DNA of 64,000 bases from Ruminococcaceae bacterium OttesenSCG-928-L11 (GTDB taxonomy: Bacteria > Bacillota > Clostridia > Oscillospirales > Ruminococcaceae), in assembly GCA_030265885.1 (NCBI GenBank), contig JAJDGX010000001.1, positions 25,080 to 89,079 of the forward strand, written 5' to 3'. The number at the start of each line of letters is the position of its first letter. Within the stretch, counting starts at the first letter, position 1. Of this stretch, positions 59,923 through 64,000 are shown one piece after another. Under the pieces are notes generated by a model, which searched no databases, had not been told where the DNA came from, and saw only the letters and a list, made by a program, of their open reading frames with translations. Made by a program: the position numbers and the translations under genes.

Positions 59923-62056
59923 GGGCGGCTTGCAGCCGCTCCGTCAGGCCGGTGTTCCGCTTGGTGACCGTGTTGTTGCGCACGGCGTAGCCAATGGCCT
60001 TTTTCGTCCCTACCAGCACCAGGGCCTTCTTGGCCCTGGTGACTCCGGTGTACAGCAGATTCCGCTGGAGCATCATAAAATGCTGCATGGTGAAGGGGAT
60101 CACTACCACCGGGTACTCGCTGCCCTGGGCCTTGTGGATGGTGGTGGCATAGGCCAGCACCAGCTCATCCAGCTCGGAAACATCGTACACAACCGGGTTG
60201 CCGTCAAACAGCACGGTCAGCTCGCGTTCCTCCAGATCCACCGCGTCCACCTGCCCGATGTCGCCGTTGAACACCTCTTTATCGTAGTTATTCTTGAGCT
60301 GCATCACCTTGTCGCCCAGCCGATATTCTATCCCGCCCCGGCGCAGGCAGATGGCCCCAGGATTCAGGGCTTCCTGCAACAGTGCGTTGAGATTTGCCGC
60401 GCCGGTTTCCCCACGCTGCATGGGGCTGAGCACCTGAATGCCCTGCGTCGGGCTGACCTTGTAATATCCCGGCAGACGCTTGGCGCACAGCTCGCAGATC
60501 AGGGACGGGATATTCTGCGGATCTTCTTCCTCGATGAAGAAGAAGTCGGACCGTTTCCCGCCCCGCAGCACCGGGAACTCACCTTTGTTGATCCTGTGGG
60601 CGTTCATGATGATGTTGGAGGTCTGGGCCTGCCGGTAGATGGTGGTCAGCTTCACCACGGGCACCACGCCGGAGGCGATGATGTCCAACAGCACATTCCC
60701 CGCGCCAACCGAGGGAAGCTGGTCGGAGTCTCCGACCAGGATGAGCTTCATGGTATCCGGCACGGCTTTGAGCAGATTGTACATGAGGATGACATCGATC
60801 ATGCTGGATTCGTCCACCAGCAGCACATCGCCCTCCAGCGGGTTGTCAGCGTTGCGCTCGTAGCCGCCCGCCGGGCTGAAGCCCAGCAGGCGATGGATGG
60901 TCTTGGCTTCCATGCCGGTGGCCTCCGATAGCCGCTTGGCGGCGCGACCGGTGGGCGCTGCCAACAGGATATCGCAGCCCTGCGCGGTCAGGAGCGTGAT
61001 AATCCCTCTGGTTGTGGTGGTCTTTCCGGTGCCGGGGCCGCCGGTCAGCACCATGACCTTGGAGGACAGAGCTGTTTTGATGGCATCCCGCTGGATCTCA
61101 TCGTATTGGATGCCGGATTCCCGCTCCGCTTCGGCAATTTGCTGATTCCAGTCTGCATCTGCGGCGGAGACCGCCCCACCCATGATGGCCTGAAACCGCT
61201 CCGCAACGCCCTTTTCGCTGAAATAGAAGGGCATGAGGTACAAGTTGTCGGGCGCTTCGCAGTGGAGATCGTTCTCCCGCAGCATCTGGTCTATTGTTTG
61301 GGAGAGCTTCTCCTTGTCGATCTCCAGCATGGCGACCGCCTTTTCCAGCAGTTCCTCCCGTGGCGCGTAGCAGTGACCGTTGTTGGCGAACTCGTTCAGC
61401 ACATACAGCAGCCCGCTCCGGCAGCGGAAGTAGCCGTCCTTCTCAAAGCCCATCTTCATGGCAATGCCGTCTGCTGTCTTGAAGCCAATGCCCCAGATAT
61501 CATCGGCCAGGCGATAGGGGTTCTCCTTCACTACCTCGATGCTTTTCTCTGCGTAGGTCTTGAATATTTTGACCGCGTGGGTGGTGCTGACCTTGTGTTC
61601 CTGCAAAAAGAGCATGATGTTTTTGACTTCCTTCTGGTCATCCCACGCCTTTTTGATGGCGGCGACCCGCCGCTTTCCGATGCCGCCCACCTCAATCAGC
61701 TTGTCCGGCGTTTGCTCGATGACATCGAGGGTATCCGTACCGAACTTCTCCACGATGCGCCGGGCGAACTTGGGCCCGATGCCCTTGATCATCCCGCTGC
61801 CCAGATACCGCTCAATCCCCATGACGGTGGCGGGCAGCTTTTCCTCCCACGCCGATGCCGCAAACTGGCGGCCATACTTGGCATCCACCTTCCACTCGCC
61901 GGACAGCAGCAGTACGGAGCCCATATTGACCGCCGCCATGCTGCCCACCACGGTAACGAGATCGAGGAAGCCCTTGGCCCGCACCTTTAGCACGCTGTAG
62001 CCGTTGTCCTCGTTTTGGTAGGTGATCCGCTCCACCACACAGCGCAAACGCTCCAT
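59900..62056 (-). CDS. recD2: RecD2-like SF1B DNA helicase
   Basis: HhH GIGPKFA, ENPYRLA, GGPGTGKTT, DESSM, GDSDQLPSVG, TIHKAQGSE and YTGVTRA motifs. Confidence 0.93.
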   Translation of the reverse strand: MERLRCVVERITYQNEDNGYSVLKVRAKGFLDLVTVVGSMAAVNMGSVLLLSGEWKVDAKYGRQFAASAWEEKLPATVMGIERYLGSGMIKGIGPKFARRIVEKFGTDTLDVIEQTPDKLIEVGGIGKRRVAAIKKAWDDQKEVKNIMLFLQEHKVSTTHAVKIFKTYAEKSIEVVKENPYRLADDIWGIGFKTADGIAMKMGFEKDGYFRCRSGLLYVLNEFANNGHCYAPREELLEKAVAMLEIDKEKLSQTIDQMLRENDLHCEAPDNLYLMPFYFSEKGVAERFQAIMGGAVSAADADWNQQIAEAERESGIQYDEIQRDAIKTALSSKVMVLTGGPGTGKTTTTRGIITLLTAQGCDILLAAPTGRAAKRLSEATGMEAKTIHRLLGFSPAGGYERNADNPLEGDVLLVDESSMIDVILMYNLLKAVPDTMKLILVGDSDQLPSVGAGNVLLDIIASGVVPVVKLTTIYRQAQTSNIIMNAHRINKGEFPVLRGGKRSDFFFIEEEDPQNIPSLICELCAKRLPGYYKVSPTQGIQVLSPMQRGETGAANLNALLQEALNPGAICLRRGGIEYRLGDKVMQLKNNYDKEVFNGDIGQVDAVDLEERELTVLFDGNPVVYDVSELDELVLAYATTIHKAQGSEYPVVVIPFTMQHFMMLQRNLLYTGVTRAKKALVLVGTKKAIGYAVRNNTVTKRNTGLTERLQAALTASPAL

Positions 62057-62263
62057 ACCGCCTCCCCCTTTCCGAGTGATGCTGAAATAATTATACCGAA
62101 AACGTGTGGGAACCGCAATGATGAACCGATAACAGGCACACCGCACAAGCCACAGAATATCCTCCTGCTTTTCTGCATGAATTTTGCCCAAATCCCCTTA
62201 TCATTTCCCCATTCCGACAGGAATGTATGGTATACTAAAGCTCACCGGAATGGGGGTGAACAT

Positions 62264-63343
62264 ATGGAATTTATACTGGACAGCCAAATCCCGGAGGAGC
62301 TGGCCGCACTTTCAATTAACGATCTGAACCTGACGCCCAAGGCTCACGCCGCCCTGCGAAACGCTCGCATCACCACGGTCGGCGCTATCCTTGAAACGGA
62401 GCGGGGCAAGGGCCTGCTGCGGGTTCGGAATCTGGGCAAGGCGCAGTACGAGGACATCCTGAGCGTTTTGCGGGAGCTGTGCATGCCCGAAGCCGAGGGC
62501 CTCGTTTACTCAGAGGAATCCGAACTGGACATGGCGGCACCTGAGCTTCCTTGCAAAAATGTACAGCCGCCGCCCACGCCTACGCCTGTATCTACAGCGG
62601 CGGACAAGCCCTTGCCCAAAACGGTAGTGTTTGTCGATTACGAAAGCTGGTACATTGCGCTTTGGGAAATCCACCGGCGCAGGCCCAACATTCAGGCGTG
62701 GTTCGATGATCTCCGAAAGCGGGGCCAGCTTTTGGAGGTAACCTTTTTTGGAGACTTTTCGGATACTGGAGGAATGCGTGACGAGATCAATTATATAAGA
62801 CGATTTACAAACCGAATTATTGAAACGAAGAACATAAGCGAGCACTCGAAAAAAAGCTTTACCGATTTTATTATGCTGGATAATATTTACCAGAAGGTCA
62901 TTGCCTCGCCGGAGATCGAGCAGATTGTCCTATTTACCGGAGACGGCGATTTTTGCAGTGTTGCTTCCTACCTGCGCAATTTCTGCGGGAAGGTGGTTGG
63001 TGTCTACGGTGTGGACGATGCTCTCAGCAGCCAGCTGGAGGCCATCTCTGACTGGTGCGTTCGGCTTCCCTTCGGCAACGAGCCGTACCAGGAATGCCGG
63101 GCGGCGATTCTGAGCAATCTGAAATATGCCGAGGCCCACACAAAAAGCGCCACCTTCCGGCCAACGGTGCGGCTGGTGGCGGAGCACTACAATCTGCCGG
63201 AGGACGCCGTGGAGGCGGAGCTGCGACTGTTGATCGATGAGGGCATCATTTACACTGTGCCGGAGCGCAGCCGCAGGGATTACACGATTATGCTCAATGT
63301 GTTGAAGGTGCAATGGGATAAGGTGGATACGATAACAATGTAA
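62264..63343 (+). CDS. RNA polymerase alpha-CTD-like domain fused to an NYN (PIN-like) nuclease and a probable C-terminal winged helix
   Basis: SINDLNLTPKAHAALRNARITTVG...LLRVRNLGK (alpha-CTD), Pro-rich linker, VFVDYE...TDFIM...FTGDGDF (NYN acidic motifs). Confidence 0.8.
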   Translation: MEFILDSQIPEELAALSINDLNLTPKAHAALRNARITTVGAILETERGKGLLRVRNLGKAQYEDILSVLRELCMPEAEGLVYSEESELDMAAPELPCKNVQPPPTPTPVSTAADKPLPKTVVFVDYESWYIALWEIHRRRPNIQAWFDDLRKRGQLLEVTFFGDFSDTGGMRDEINYIRRFTNRIIETKNISEHSKKSFTDFIMLDNIYQKVIASPEIEQIVLFTGDGDFCSVASYLRNFCGKVVGVYGVDDALSSQLEAISDWCVRLPFGNEPYQECRAAILSNLKYAEAHTKSATFRPTVRLVAEHYNLPEDAVEAELRLLIDEGIIYTVPERSRRDYTIMLNVLKVQWDKVDTITM

Positions 63344-63349
63344 ACCGAG

Positions 63350-63383
63350 GATGATGGGCGGCAGAGATGCCGCCCATCTTTTT
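63350..63383 (+). terminator. Rho-independent terminator
   Basis: GATGGGCGGCA-gaga-TGCCGCCCATC followed by TTTTT. Confidence 0.8.
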
Positions 63384-63519
63384 ACGAGCGGCGGCTTCGC
63401 AAGCACACACCGCATATGTGATAAATCAGTGCCTGTAGATTCTACACAAACGGCCTTGTAATCAGCTTTGCAACGAGTTATACTACAAGCGTAAGCAAGA
63501 GGTTGCCTGCAAGGAGGTT

Positions 63520-63816
63520 ATGATGATGCGGTTTTTGTTAAAGGTGCTCACGCTGCCGGTGACGGTGGCACTGTCCATATCGGTGCTGGCGCTGTCCTTC
63601 CTGGTGTCCTGCGCGGGATCGGCGCTGAAGCTTCTGTGCTTCCCGGCATTCCTGCTGGGTGCGGGAATCGCCATCATGACCGATCCAGTGGCGGGCGGGT
63701 TGATTCTGGCCGGAGCATTCCTCATCAGCCCCTTTGGATTGCCGTTGGTAGCCGAGTGGCTGCTGGATCGGATGGCCGACCTGAATTTCGCGTTGCGGGA
63801 GTTTATTGTAAGCTGA
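63520..63816 (+). CDS. CD1845-family membrane protein
   Basis: Hydrophobic; AFLISPFGLP..AEWL motif; usual position before the relaxase; promoter TTGTAA-N17-TATACT at 63456-63484. Confidence 0.8.
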   Translation: MMMRFLLKVLTLPVTVALSISVLALSFLVSCAGSALKLLCFPAFLLGAGIAIMTDPVAGGLILAGAFLISPFGLPLVAEWLLDRMADLNFALREFIVS

Positions 63817-63880
63817 GAGAATAGATACACGGCGGCGGGAGCAATCCCGCCGCTATTTTTATTGGATGGGGGTGTTTTTG

Positions 63881-64000
63881 TTGGCGGCTACCTGGATGAG
63901 AACCCTGCATGTGAACAAGGGCAAAACCATCGCCCAGACCATCACGGATCGCACCGACTATGCGGAAAACCCGGAAAAGACAAGCAAGGGGGAGCTGATT
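63881..64000 (+). CDS. Relaxase of the host ICE, 5' end (truncated by window)
   Basis: TTG-AATWMRTLHVNKGKTIAQTITDRTDYAENPEKT parallels the N-terminus of the relaxase at 18666. Confidence 0.85.
   Translation, partial: MAATWMRTLHVNKGKTIAQTITDRTDYAENPEKTSKGELI

Overview
This window lies inside a large Clostridia-type conjugative element (ICE) with a Tn1549-like backbone. The backbone includes a virB6-like gene, prgI, virB4, an M23 hydrolase, DUF4366, a sortase, a SpaA-repeat adhesin, topB, ardA-like, mobC and the 5' end of a MOBP relaxase. Two type IV secretion (T4SS) genes of the ICE are split by nested elements at a GA core. First, bases 1-6810 appear to be the right end of an element inserted in the virB6-like gene; its cargo is LuxR, DUF2442, a LecB-like lectin, a DUF6765-like enzyme and an SLH surface protein. 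Second, a complete 21.6 kb mobilisable element (13611-35177) sits in virB4. It carries a TnpX-like serine recombinase, mobC and a relaxase, an arylsulfate sulfotransferase, a sulfatase-ABC-AraC-GH43 sugar locus, an IS200 pseudogene and two tandem IS5-type elements. Excising it would restore virB4 in frame and create a TTGACA-N17-TATTAT promoter at the circle junction. The most notable unexplained signals are: a shared C-terminal [KR]PSL[LT]xxL tail on five unrelated ICE proteins (a candidate T4SS translocation signal); an RNA polymerase alpha-CTD/NYN nuclease fusion divergent from a RecD2 helicase; a C5 methyltransferase with a nested out-of-frame gene and about 10 TL repeats; and an amidoligase-GGCT-MetK module. 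Family calls come from motif recognition by eye; no database searches were run.
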